Translations under genes and position numbers: made by a program
Shown: one piece after another, positions 17,724-27,065 of the stretch
Layout of the letters: the number at the start of each line of letters is the position of its first letter
Numbering within the stretch: position 1 is the stretch's first letter
NCBI GenBank assembly: GCA_002716405.1
Contig: PBBA01000006.1
Span: forward strand, 187,966 to 251,965
Source of the DNA: Chloroflexota bacterium
GTDB taxonomy: Bacteria; Chloroflexota; Dehalococcoidia; UBA2979
Reading direction: 5' to 3'
Length of the DNA stretch: 64,000 bases
Notes under the pieces: generated by a model
Seen by the model: only the letters and a program-made list of their open reading frames with translations
Databases searched by the model: none
Told to the model about the DNA's origin: nothing

Positions 17724-18002
17724 ATTCGTGATTTTGCAAAAGGCAAAAGACTAAAAACCTGTAATTCTTGTGGTAATAATATAAAACATATTCAAGATCA
17801 AGGAACGAATGCCGATGGTTCACTTAATGAATCATATTGTATTGTCTGTTACCAGAATGGACAGTATGTTCATAAAAATCTTAGCAAAAATGAGTTTATT
17901 ACAGTTATCTCACCCGATTTAGCAAAACATTTCGGTAGTTCAGTTGGAAAAATTAAATTTACACTTAAAAGAGATAGATCCAAACTACCAAGGTGGCAAT
18001 AG
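17724..18002 (+). CDS. putative zinc-ribbon (Zn_ribbon_2-like) small protein with no canonical start codon
   Basis: Open frame 17715..18002, absent from the ORF track. It encodes ...KTCNSCGNNI...GTNADGSLNESYCIVCYQNGQYV, a CxxC...CxxC pattern. There is no in-frame ATG, GTG or TTG. The start shown is an ATT codon and is uncertain. Confidence 0.35.
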   Translation: MRDFAKGKRLKTCNSCGNNIKHIQDQGTNADGSLNESYCIVCYQNGQYVHKNLSKNEFITVISPDLAKHFGSSVGKIKFTLKRDRSKLPRWQ

Positions 18003-18008
18003 GGGAAA

Positions 18009-18785
18009 TTATCGAGCTGTATATCCACCATCCACAGGTAAGGCAACTCCCGTAATAAATGAAGCATCATCACTTACCAAGAAAGCTGCTGCAGAAGCAA
18101 TTTCTCTATCTTCTCCCAGTCTCCCCATTGGATGTAGAGCTTCTAGAAATTCACGACCTTCTTCTTTTTCAGTCAGATTTTGAGTCATAGGTGTATAAAT
18201 ATAACCTGGACAGATTGCATTAATTCTTACATTTTCCTTAGCAAAGTTGATTGCAAACTGTTTAGTCAATCCAATAACACCGTGCTTGGAAGCTACGTAT
18301 GCTGCACTGCGTTCTGGTCCAGATGAGGGAACACCATTTAATGTAATCCCTGAACTGAGTAATGCATTTAGACCAGCTATAGATGCAATATTAACTATTG
18401 CACCACCACCTAATTCAGCAAGTTTTGGTGCCCCGTGCAGTAGGCCGTTATATACCCCTGTAAGGTTGACTGACAAAGTCTGTTCCCATCCATTTCTACC
18501 ACCTATACCTGCATTATTTACTAATATATTCAATCCACCAAATTCACTAATAGCCTTATTTAGTGCTTCATCTACATCAAATTCATTAGTAACGTCTAAT
18601 TCTAAAGCTGAGGCTTGACCACCTGATTCAGAAATCAATGCAGATGTATCTTCGGCGGCACTTCCATTTACATCAGTACACATCACTAAAGCACCTTCAT
18701 CAGACATCCTTATAGCCATTGCACGACCTAAACCAGATCCAGCGCCGGTAATAAAAGCAATGCGACCATCTAATCGTTCATTCAT
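18009..18785 (-). CDS. SDR-family oxidoreductase (3-hydroxyacyl-CoA / 3-oxoacyl reductase-like)
   Basis: 258-aa ORF with TGAGSGLGRA and the catalytic YxxxK (YVASKHG). Confidence 0.85.
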   Translation of the reverse strand: MNERLDGRIAFITGAGSGLGRAMAIRMSDEGALVMCTDVNGSAAEDTSALISESGGQASALELDVTNEFDVDEALNKAISEFGGLNILVNNAGIGGRNGWEQTLSVNLTGVYNGLLHGAPKLAELGGGAIVNIASIAGLNALLSSGITLNGVPSSGPERSAAYVASKHGVIGLTKQFAINFAKENVRINAICPGYIYTPMTQNLTEKEEGREFLEALHPMGRLGEDREIASAAAFLVSDDASFITGVALPVDGGYTAR

Positions 18786-18818
18786 TTTTACCCCTTAGGA
18801 AATTATATTGTATATGAC

Positions 18819-20087
18819 TTATACAACTCCTGATTCAGCGAATGCTATCAATTTTGCTTGGCTATAGCCTAATTCTCCAGCATAAATTTGATAATTATGC
18901 TCCCCTAACAATGGAGGGCGTCTTCGTAAATAAACTGGCGATTTTTCAAACTTATAAGGTGCTCCTGGATATAACACTGTAGATTGATAACCTGAAATTT
19001 CACCTTCCCACCAAAATTCACGCTCTTTCCAATGTGGATCATCAAGATTTTCCTCTGGGCGTCTAACCAATCCCCATGGAAGATGTAAATCTTGTGCACG
19101 CCTATACACATCTTCAGCAGGCAAAAGTTGAATAAATCGACCAATAGTTTCTGAGACATGATTACGGATTTCCACATTCATTGTTGGATCTGTATATAGT
19201 ACTTCAACATAACTGGGATCATATAAATCACCTGTTGCCTGATATTCATCCATCCATTCGAGTAATTGATCAAATATTTTTTTCTCACGAGGAATTCCAC
19301 CTCCCATCATCAAAACATACTCACCATCTTTACATGGATACTGCCAAGGTGACATCCTAACAGGAGCAGCATGTCTACCTGTCTGACGCAAAACGATTTT
19401 TTGCATATATTCCCAATTCGCAAAAGCGCCTTCAGTCGTCGCACTCACAGCTTCATGAACAGAAACATCAATAATTTGTCCTGGTTTGTCATCATTCATA
19501 TCGCGTAACCAGAGAGCAGAAAGTAATGCAGTTACAGCATATTCACCTGCTATAGCTAGAGAATGTTCACCATCTGATCTTATTGGCGGTAAATCATGAT
19601 CATCATAGCCGGTACTCATCATCGGACCACCCAAGGCAAGTTGCACTAAATCAGAGGAGTGCCATTCTTTCCATGGGCCAGTCAGCCCAAAGGGAGTAAT
19701 TGAGCACCAAATAATTTCAGGGTTTAATTCTAAAACATGTTCTGCATTCATTAAAATATTGTTCGAGGTTCCAATAGAACTTCCATCTAAAATTACATCG
19801 ACATCTTGGAAAAGTTTTACCAGCAACTCCTCACTACGCGAGTCATTAAGACTTAAAGTAATACTCAACTTAGAAGTGTTTGATGCAGCAAATCTTAAAC
19901 TATGATTGACATCAAAAATATCATCCACATACGGTCCTTGATGCCTACTCTTGGCACCTTCAGGAGGTTCGATACGTATTACACGTGCACCAGCATCAGC
20001 CAGAAGTTTTCCTGCTACTTCCGCAAGATCACCTATTTCCAAGACTTTCAATCCTTCAAGGGGTCCTACAGTTGTGGAATCAGTCAT
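18819..20087 (-). CDS. family III CoA-transferase (CaiB/BaiF family)
   Basis: N-terminal LKVLEIGDLAEVAGKLLADAGARVIRIEPPEG and C-terminal LLGEHNYQIY motifs. A 4-nt overlap with the upstream paralog suggests translational coupling. Confidence 0.8.
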   Translation of the reverse strand: MTDSTTVGPLEGLKVLEIGDLAEVAGKLLADAGARVIRIEPPEGAKSRHQGPYVDDIFDVNHSLRFAASNTSKLSITLSLNDSRSEELLVKLFQDVDVILDGSSIGTSNNILMNAEHVLELNPEIIWCSITPFGLTGPWKEWHSSDLVQLALGGPMMSTGYDDHDLPPIRSDGEHSLAIAGEYAVTALLSALWLRDMNDDKPGQIIDVSVHEAVSATTEGAFANWEYMQKIVLRQTGRHAAPVRMSPWQYPCKDGEYVLMMGGGIPREKKIFDQLLEWMDEYQATGDLYDPSYVEVLYTDPTMNVEIRNHVSETIGRFIQLLPAEDVYRRAQDLHLPWGLVRRPEENLDDPHWKEREFWWEGEISGYQSTVLYPGAPYKFEKSPVYLRRRPPLLGEHNYQIYAGELGYSQAKLIAFAESGVV

Positions 20088-21376
20088 ACAGCCAACTCCG
20101 CTATCATGTTCGCCACTTCTTCAGGTGAATATTCTAAGAGATTTGTTAGAACATCAAATGTATCTTGCCCAAGCAAAGGAGCACCACGTTCCATTTTCCA
20201 TCGAGCATCAGAAAATTTAGCCGGGTAGCCTTCGTATCTGTGCTCACCCAAATGATCATGTGGAGCAGATGGATAAAAGTCACGGAACGACAATTGTTCA
20301 TCACTTTCCATTTTGTCATCAGTTCGTTGGCACATCCCGGCAGGTATTCCAATACTTTGTAATCGGTACATTAGAGACTGTGCTTCATTTTCAATAGTAA
20401 ATTCACTGATTATTTCATCTAATATATCTTCATTGTTTTTGCGGCTCTCATTATCTTTAAAGCGTGGATCATCATTTAAACGAGAATCACCAATCAAGTC
20501 ACAAAGTGCATTCCATTGAAGTGTTTCTTCAACTGTAATTGCTATCCAACTATCTCGCCCTTTATTATCTTGCTTGCAACGGTAAGTATTATGTGGTGCA
20601 ACTGCAGGATAGCGTGACCTATTTCCGATACGCTCGTACCGTCGAGAATTAATTTGATAATCTAATAAAGGAACACCAGTGAGGACCATCCCAGTTTCTA
20701 TTTGGGATATGTCTACGTACTGCGCTTCACCAGTATTTTTTCTATGATGTAAAGCCATTAATGCAGCTATAGCACCATAATATCCAGCCGTGTGGTCAAG
20801 GTATGAATACCCCCATCCAGCTGGTTCTTTATCAGGAAATCCTGACATCTGCGTACAACCACTTACAGCAGCTGCAGTTGGCCCCCATGTGATATATGAC
20901 TTGTCACGTCCTGTATGGCCAAATCCTGATAATGATATATATATCGCAGTAGGATTTATCTCTTGAATCCGATCCCAGCTAAATCCCATACGAGCGAAAG
21001 CACCTGCACTATAGTTTTCTATCACTATGTCAGATTTTTTAATAAGTCGTTCAACTATTTCTCTCCCAAGAGGATGATGTAAATTCGCAGTAATACCTCT
21101 TTTATTTCGATTGAAATTATTGTGAAAACCACTACCGTTGAATGAGGGATTTTCGGGATCAACTTGTTGTCCCCAGCGCATAGAATCTATATAAGATTCA
21201 TTTTCAACCTTAATTACATCAGCGCCTAAATCAGCCAATATCCGAGTAGCTTGGGGGCCAGCCACTATCCAAGTAAAATCACATACTGTAATACCTTCGA
21301 GTGGCAATGGTTTATCAGTACTTGATTCACTATACATATAATCGCTCGCTATATTTTCTATTCCTTGCCTGTCCAT
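20084..21376 (-). CDS. family III CoA-transferase (CaiB/BaiF family)
   Basis: ITVCDFTWIVAGPQATRILADLGADVIKVE and LSGFGHTGRD. The segment YLDHTAGYYGAIAALMAL aligns by eye to the catalytic-Asp helix of Frc/CaiB. Confidence 0.8.
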   Translation of the reverse strand: MDRQGIENIASDYMYSESSTDKPLPLEGITVCDFTWIVAGPQATRILADLGADVIKVENESYIDSMRWGQQVDPENPSFNGSGFHNNFNRNKRGITANLHHPLGREIVERLIKKSDIVIENYSAGAFARMGFSWDRIQEINPTAIYISLSGFGHTGRDKSYITWGPTAAAVSGCTQMSGFPDKEPAGWGYSYLDHTAGYYGAIAALMALHHRKNTGEAQYVDISQIETGMVLTGVPLLDYQINSRRYERIGNRSRYPAVAPHNTYRCKQDNKGRDSWIAITVEETLQWNALCDLIGDSRLNDDPRFKDNESRKNNEDILDEIISEFTIENEAQSLMYRLQSIGIPAGMCQRTDDKMESDEQLSFRDFYPSAPHDHLGEHRYEGYPAKFSDARWKMERGAPLLGQDTFDVLTNLLEYSPEEVANMIAELAV

Positions 21377-22134
21377 TCAGGTAAAGATTTGTTCCGAAAG
21401 GCTTCAGGTCCAATTTTCGCATCTTCAGTTTCACGACTTACTTTCCGCATAGTTTCACCAAAACGTATCGCATCAGAAAATGGTAATTGTTGCCCACGAC
21501 GGGCAACTTCTTTTGTAGCTCTTACCGCTAAGGGTGCTGAAAGTAATAATCTTTCAGCAAGACGATTGGCTTCATCCATTAACTGCTCATGCGGAACAAC
21601 TTTCCATACCAAACCCATTTCTTTTGCACGTTCAGCATCAACACGCTCACCAATTAACAATAATTCCATAGCATTTTGCCAACCAATACGATCTGGCATT
21701 CTTACAGCACCTTGAATGGTAGGAATCCCTAACCGTACTTCAGGAAAACCAAATTGAGCATGTTCACTAGCAACAACAAAATCACAAGCAGAAACAAGAG
21801 TTAATGCAAACCCAAGACAGTAACCATTAACAGCAGCGATAACTGGCTTCCAAATCTCCATACCACTTTCTAATGATGTTAAACTAGGAGTTTCCCAAAA
21901 TGTTCCATTCTTTGATTGATTTTCACCAAAACTCTTAACATCAGCACCTACGCTGAAAGCACGACCAGACCCTGTGACAATTGCAATCCAAGCTTCATCA
22001 TCATTACGAAATGTCTCCCATGATTGATTAAGGTCTTCACGAAGTTGTCCGTTAATTGCATTGAGCGACTCCGGCCTATTATAGGTAATTGTTGCAATTT
22101 TGCCTTTGCGCTCATATAAAACTGTGTCACCCAT
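21358..22134 (-). CDS. enoyl-CoA hydratase/isomerase (crotonase family)
   Basis: 258-aa ORF with VTGSGRAFSVGADV and FGFPEVRLGI crotonase motifs. Confidence 0.85.
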   Translation of the reverse strand: MGDTVLYERKGKIATITYNRPESLNAINGQLREDLNQSWETFRNDDEAWIAIVTGSGRAFSVGADVKSFGENQSKNGTFWETPSLTSLESGMEIWKPVIAAVNGYCLGFALTLVSACDFVVASEHAQFGFPEVRLGIPTIQGAVRMPDRIGWQNAMELLLIGERVDAERAKEMGLVWKVVPHEQLMDEANRLAERLLLSAPLAVRATKEVARRGQQLPFSDAIRFGETMRKVSRETEDAKIGPEAFRNKSLPEWTGKE

Positions 22135-22186
22135 AATACTCCTAGTAGTGTCATCCTATTTTTCATATTCCTAGATTAAAGTTAAT

Positions 22187-22477
22187 CTACGCTAAAAATG
22201 CACCAACTAACAAAGCAACCAATGCAAATAATGATGCAATAGATAAAACATAGTTCGCCATTTGATTCAATTTATGTTGTTTAATAGCTTTATTTTCGGT
22301 TTCCTGATTTAGCTCAAGTTCTACGAGTTGAAGTAATTCTTCATCATTAATGACTTTTACTACAGGTGCCAACCTATGCAAACCAGATCGTTCACCACCT
22401 GAAAAAGCAAAAGCAGCAAATTTAAATCCCACACTAAGAATCAGAATCCCAAAGAAAAATGCAACGATTTCAACCAC
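22187..22477 (-). CDS. small membrane protein (two hydrophobic segments), unknown function
   Basis: 96-aa ORF with hydrophobic N- and C-terminal segments around a charged middle. It is co-oriented between the esterase and crotonase genes. Confidence 0.45.
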   Translation of the reverse strand: MVEIVAFFFGILILSVGFKFAAFAFSGGERSGLHRLAPVVKVINDEELLQLVELELNQETENKAIKQHKLNQMANYVLSIASLFALVALLVGAFLA

Positions 22478-22495
22478 AAATATCTCCCATCAGTT

Positions 22496-23434
22496 TTATT
22501 CTGCATTAAAAGATCTTTTCAAAATATTACAAGCATTAATTATTACCTGCTCTGTAGCATCAAATATATGTGCATTACTAAAAAATCCATGAAGATGGCC
22601 ATCTAATCTGTACATATCGACATTAACACCTGCAGACTTAAGTAAATTACCATATTCCTCTCCCTCATCACGTAATGGATCATACTCTGCAGTAATTACC
22701 TGTGCAGGTGGTAAGTCAGAAAAATTGGATGCATGTGCAGGTGAAACACGAATATCAGTTCGAGAAAAAATACCATCATTAGGGACATAGCAATCCCAAA
22801 ACCATTCCATAGATTGACGAGAGAGCCCATAACCTTCTGCATTTTCTTCATAACTAGCTGTCTTCATATCTGAGTCAGTAACTGGATACACCAACAGTTG
22901 ATGATCTATTTTTGGACCACTGTTATCACGAGCGTACATTGCAACACATGCAGCGAGATTGCCTCCTGCACTATCTCCACCAACGGCAAGCTTGTTGAGA
23001 TTGATCTCTAATTCGGAAAAATTTGCTTCAATCCATTCTGTCACGAAATAACAATCATTAAATGCTGCAGGAGCTAGATGTTCAGGAGCTAATCGATAAT
23101 CAACAGAAATAACTACTGCATCCGAATGTAGAGCTAAACGTCTACAAGTAGGATCAGATTGCTCAACTGAACCCAATACCCAACCCCCTCCATGGAACCA
23201 GACCAAAACTGATGATCTATTATCAGTAGGTGGATAAAAAATACGTACAGGGATATCACCATTAGGTCCTGAAATAACATGATCTCTTACTTCAGATACC
23301 TCAGGACCTTTTGGTACAGTTTTAGCCAAATCAATACCTCTTTGCCTAGCTTCGACAGGTCCAATTTCCCAATAGGGAGGCAGATTAGCTGCTGCCATTT
23401 GTTCTAAATAAGCCTTAGTTTGAGAATGTAGCAT
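22496..23434 (-). CDS. alpha/beta hydrolase, hormone-sensitive-lipase-type esterase
   Basis: Oxyanion motif WFHGGGWVLG and nucleophile elbow GGDSAGGNLA. Confidence 0.85.
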   Translation of the reverse strand: MLHSQTKAYLEQMAAANLPPYWEIGPVEARQRGIDLAKTVPKGPEVSEVRDHVISGPNGDIPVRIFYPPTDNRSSVLVWFHGGGWVLGSVEQSDPTCRRLALHSDAVVISVDYRLAPEHLAPAAFNDCYFVTEWIEANFSELEINLNKLAVGGDSAGGNLAACVAMYARDNSGPKIDHQLLVYPVTDSDMKTASYEENAEGYGLSRQSMEWFWDCYVPNDGIFSRTDIRVSPAHASNFSDLPPAQVITAEYDPLRDEGEEYGNLLKSAGVNVDMYRLDGHLHGFFSNAHIFDATEQVIINACNILKRSFNAE

Positions 23435-23529
23435 AGTAGCCTCTATTCAAATTTTTAAAAATCATATTGCTCACTGCGTATTATGCCAATTATGCTAAGT
23501 CACTACAATGCTCATCTCTAAGGATAGAT

Positions 23530-24690
23530 ATGTTTCCAAAAAATGATCGACAAGCACAACTTCTTAATATAGCTAATAACCTAGCAAAAGAATTTGAAAA
23601 AACTGCTGCTGAACATGATCGTGATGGTACATTTCCATTTGATAATTATGTAATGCTCGAAACTACAGGGTATACATCCGCAGCAATCCCCACCGAAGAA
23701 GGTGGAGGTGGCCATACATTGACAGATATTGTATTAGCACAATTGGCGCTAGCAAAAGGAGATGGTTCTACCGCGCTAGGTATCGGTATGCATTTAGTTA
23801 CCACAGGAACTGAGGCATACAATAAAAGCTGGCCGAATGAATTAAGAAAAAAAGTTTTTTCTGATGTTATACAGCACGGATCTCTTATCAATAGTTTAGC
23901 TGCTGAGCCCCTGATGGGTTCACCGCGAACCGGCGGACAACCAGAAACATCGCTCGTACCAAAAGGGGACGGTGTATGGGAATTGAATGGTAGGAAAATT
24001 TTTTCCACACTTGCTCCAGTACTAACTTATTTTATCATTTATTGCACTGTAGATGATGGTTCAGGTGATGTTGCACGCGTAATCGTTGATAAGGATAGAT
24101 CTGGTGTAAAAATCGACCCAACTTGGGACAGTATTGGAATGAGATCCACAGGGTCACATGACATAGTTTTTGAAAACGTTATAGTTAAAAAAGAAGATTT
24201 TATTTCACAAAGATCATTAGCGGAAAATACGACAGCCATGTCATCAGGTGGGGCTTGGCTACCTTTATTGATTGGGGCGGCTAATCTTGGTATTGCAGAA
24301 TCTAGTAGAGACTACATAGTTGAGTATGTCCGAAATAGAAATCCGGGTGGGAAATCTTTCCTAAAAGATATCCCCTATATCCGCGAACAAATTGGGCGTA
24401 TTGATACAAAACTTATTGTTGCACGAAATACTCTACTGAATTCTGCACAAGACTGGGATGATTATCCTGATGAACGAGAAAATCTGCAGTCACATATCTA
24501 CGCTGCAAAGCTACAAGCAACTAATACAGCTATCGAAATTGTTGATATTTGTATGCGAGTAGCAGGAGGAGAGGCTCTATACAAATCTTTACCCTTGGAA
24601 CGACATTTTAGAGATGTACGTGGAGGCATAGTAAATCCACCCATTGAAGCACGCGCTCTTGAATTTATTGCTAAATTAGCTCTTGAATAA
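23530..24690 (+). CDS. acyl-CoA dehydrogenase family protein
   Basis: ACAD-like length and layout. C-terminal ERHFRDVRGGIVNPP. The ATG at 23530 is preferred over the TTG at 23467. Confidence 0.7.
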   Translation: MFPKNDRQAQLLNIANNLAKEFEKTAAEHDRDGTFPFDNYVMLETTGYTSAAIPTEEGGGGHTLTDIVLAQLALAKGDGSTALGIGMHLVTTGTEAYNKSWPNELRKKVFSDVIQHGSLINSLAAEPLMGSPRTGGQPETSLVPKGDGVWELNGRKIFSTLAPVLTYFIIYCTVDDGSGDVARVIVDKDRSGVKIDPTWDSIGMRSTGSHDIVFENVIVKKEDFISQRSLAENTTAMSSGGAWLPLLIGAANLGIAESSRDYIVEYVRNRNPGGKSFLKDIPYIREQIGRIDTKLIVARNTLLNSAQDWDDYPDERENLQSHIYAAKLQATNTAIEIVDICMRVAGGEALYKSLPLERHFRDVRGGIVNPPIEARALEFIAKLALE

Positions 24691-24757
24691 TGCAAATTGG
24701 ATCATGATCATATAGTTTGAAAGTGAAATCTAATCATAATAATTAATGAGGAAATCT

Positions 24758-26398
24758 ATGGATGGCAATGAACTTATAGCAAAAATTCTTAAACGTGAAG
24801 GTGTAGAATGGATTTCCTGTTTTCCTTCAAACCCTCTTATCGAAGCGGTAGCAAAAGAAGGTATCCGTCCTATAGCTTTCAGACATGAACGTGGTGCTGT
24901 TATGGCGGCAGATGGCTTTAGCAGAACTAGCGATCGAGAGCGTTTTGGCGTTGTAGCAGTTCAATCGCAAGCAGGAGCTGAAAATGCACTTGCGGGAATA
25001 GCTCAAGCAAATGCCGACAATATTCCAATCCTTGTTCTACCTGGAGGGAATAGTCTCTCGCAACTTTCGGTGACCCCTAATTATAATGTTACGAAAAGCT
25101 ATGTCGGGATAGCAAAAAGCGTTGAGGCGATTTACAAACCAGACCAAATTAATAACGTCATGCGAAGGGCATTCAGTGCGCTCCGCAACGGAAGACCTGC
25201 CCCTGTTGTTGTGGAACTGACAAGTGATGTTGTCGCATCAGAGACCTCAAATGAAATCAGTGCCTACAGTGCACCTTCAGAGATGCTTCAATTGCCCGAA
25301 TCAAGATCCATCAAAAATGCAGCTCAATCGATACTAGAATCAAAAAAGCCTCTTATTTGGGCAGGTGCAGGTGTACTTTTTTCAAAAGCGACAGAAGAGC
25401 TTAAAGAATTAGCTGAACTGACTGGTGCACCTGTATTCTGCACTATGCCGGGAAAATCTGCTTTTGATGAAAGACACCCTTTATCTTTGGGAGCCGGTGG
25501 TGGTACCACAACAGGAGCTGCAAACCTTTGGTTAGAGCACTGTGACTTAATCCTTGCATTAGGATCGAGCTTAACGCGAACACCTTATGGCCAAAAAATC
25601 AAATCGGACATTTTTCTAATACAAAATACAAACAGTGTCGATGATATTAACAAAGATGAATCTGTCGATATTGGTCTATTAGGTGATACTAAACTAACCA
25701 TTTCTGCATTAATTGAAGAATTGAAAATTATAATAGGAAATGAAAAGAAAGATTACAGTGGCACACTAGAACAAATTCAACATATTCAAAATGCATGGCG
25801 TAAAGAATGGGCACCCCTACTTCAATCTGATGCAGAGCCTATAAATACCTACCGAGTAATACACGAAATCAATGAATGCATCGACAAAGAAAACAGTATA
25901 GTCACGCATGATGCAGGAGCACCTCGAGATTCTATTGTTCCTTTTTTTACAGCAACTACCCCGCATAGTTACATAGGGTGGGGGAAAACCACTCATCTCG
26001 GATTTGGGATCCCGTTAATGATTGGAGCAAAATTAGCAAATCCAGATAAATTTTGTTTAAATTTAATGGGTGATGGTGCCTTTGGAATGTCTGGGACAGA
26101 CATAGAAACAGCTGCAAGGTCAAAAATTGCGATTACGACTGTATTACTAAACAATGGAGGAATGTCCACATATCCCGGAGGGTTTCCAACTGCTCGACTG
26201 AAATATGGTGTTTCCCATATGTATGGAGACTATGCAAAAATTGCAGAAGGTATGGGAGCAGTGGGAATTACAGTAAATTCAATTCAAGAACTTAAAGATG
26301 CTTTGGAGAAAGCACAAGAATTAAATAGTAAGGATAAAACAGTGCTTGTTGATGTTCATTCTGATATGGAAGGTCGGCGATCACGATGGGATCGATAA
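24758..26398 (+). CDS. thiamine-diphosphate-dependent enzyme (acetolactate synthase / oxalyl-CoA decarboxylase / 2-hydroxyacyl-CoA lyase superfamily)
   Basis: TPP-binding motif LMGDGAFGMSGTDIETAARSKIAITTVLLNNGG. The ATG at 24758 follows GAGGAAA. Confidence 0.75.
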   Translation: MDGNELIAKILKREGVEWISCFPSNPLIEAVAKEGIRPIAFRHERGAVMAADGFSRTSDRERFGVVAVQSQAGAENALAGIAQANADNIPILVLPGGNSLSQLSVTPNYNVTKSYVGIAKSVEAIYKPDQINNVMRRAFSALRNGRPAPVVVELTSDVVASETSNEISAYSAPSEMLQLPESRSIKNAAQSILESKKPLIWAGAGVLFSKATEELKELAELTGAPVFCTMPGKSAFDERHPLSLGAGGGTTTGAANLWLEHCDLILALGSSLTRTPYGQKIKSDIFLIQNTNSVDDINKDESVDIGLLGDTKLTISALIEELKIIIGNEKKDYSGTLEQIQHIQNAWRKEWAPLLQSDAEPINTYRVIHEINECIDKENSIVTHDAGAPRDSIVPFFTATTPHSYIGWGKTTHLGFGIPLMIGAKLANPDKFCLNLMGDGAFGMSGTDIETAARSKIAITTVLLNNGGMSTYPGGFPTARLKYGVSHMYGDYAKIAEGMGAVGITVNSIQELKDALEKAQELNSKDKTVLVDVHSDMEGRRSRWDR

Positions 26399-26399
26399 A

Positions 26400-27062
26400 A
26401 TGAACCTCACACATACTGTTTGGAGTCCGCCAAAAAATTCACAACATGAGAATGGACTCCTCCCTACTGTATTTGCCTTACATGGCCATGGTGCAAACTC
26501 ACAAGATTTACTTGGTCTCGCTCCTTATCTAGCTTCTGGACAAATACTCCTGATTTGCCCAGAAGCAGAATTTCAAATTCAACAAGGATTACCAAGCTAC
26601 ACGTGGTTTAACACTGAGAATGCAAACCGCAGAACATCTGAAGAATTTGAACGTGTGACAAAACTCCTCGTAAATTTCATTGCAGACGCGACGAATCAAT
26701 ACAACGTTGATTCAGAACGAACAATAGTTTTAGGATTTAGCCAAGGTGGTGGATTAGCATACGAACTAGGGTTAAGCATGCCTGAAAAATTCCGAGGTTT
26801 GGCGGCATTAAGTACATCTTTACCAGAAGAGACGATTACAACTATTAATAACTCTACAAACAAAAAACTCGATAAAATTTCCATCTTTATCCAACATGGA
26901 ATTTCAGATGAAATCGTCACTGTAGACCGCGGAAGGAATGCTCACAACGAACTAGAAAAGATCGGTTTAAATCCGAGATATCACGAATACGATATGCAAC
27001 ATCAAATTAGCGCTGAAAGCCTAAATGAACTAAGTACATGGATTAGTGACCTATTGCTTTAG
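26400..27062 (+). CDS. alpha/beta hydrolase, phospholipase/carboxylesterase family
   Basis: GxSxG elbow VLGFSQGGGLA and a later HG.SD segment (IQHGISDEIV). The ATG at 26400 lies 1 nt after the upstream stop. Confidence 0.75.
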   Translation: MNLTHTVWSPPKNSQHENGLLPTVFALHGHGANSQDLLGLAPYLASGQILLICPEAEFQIQQGLPSYTWFNTENANRRTSEEFERVTKLLVNFIADATNQYNVDSERTIVLGFSQGGGLAYELGLSMPEKFRGLAALSTSLPEETITTINNSTNKKLDKISIFIQHGISDEIVTVDRGRNAHNELEKIGLNPRYHEYDMQHQISAESLNELSTWISDLLL

Positions 27063-27065
27063 TAC

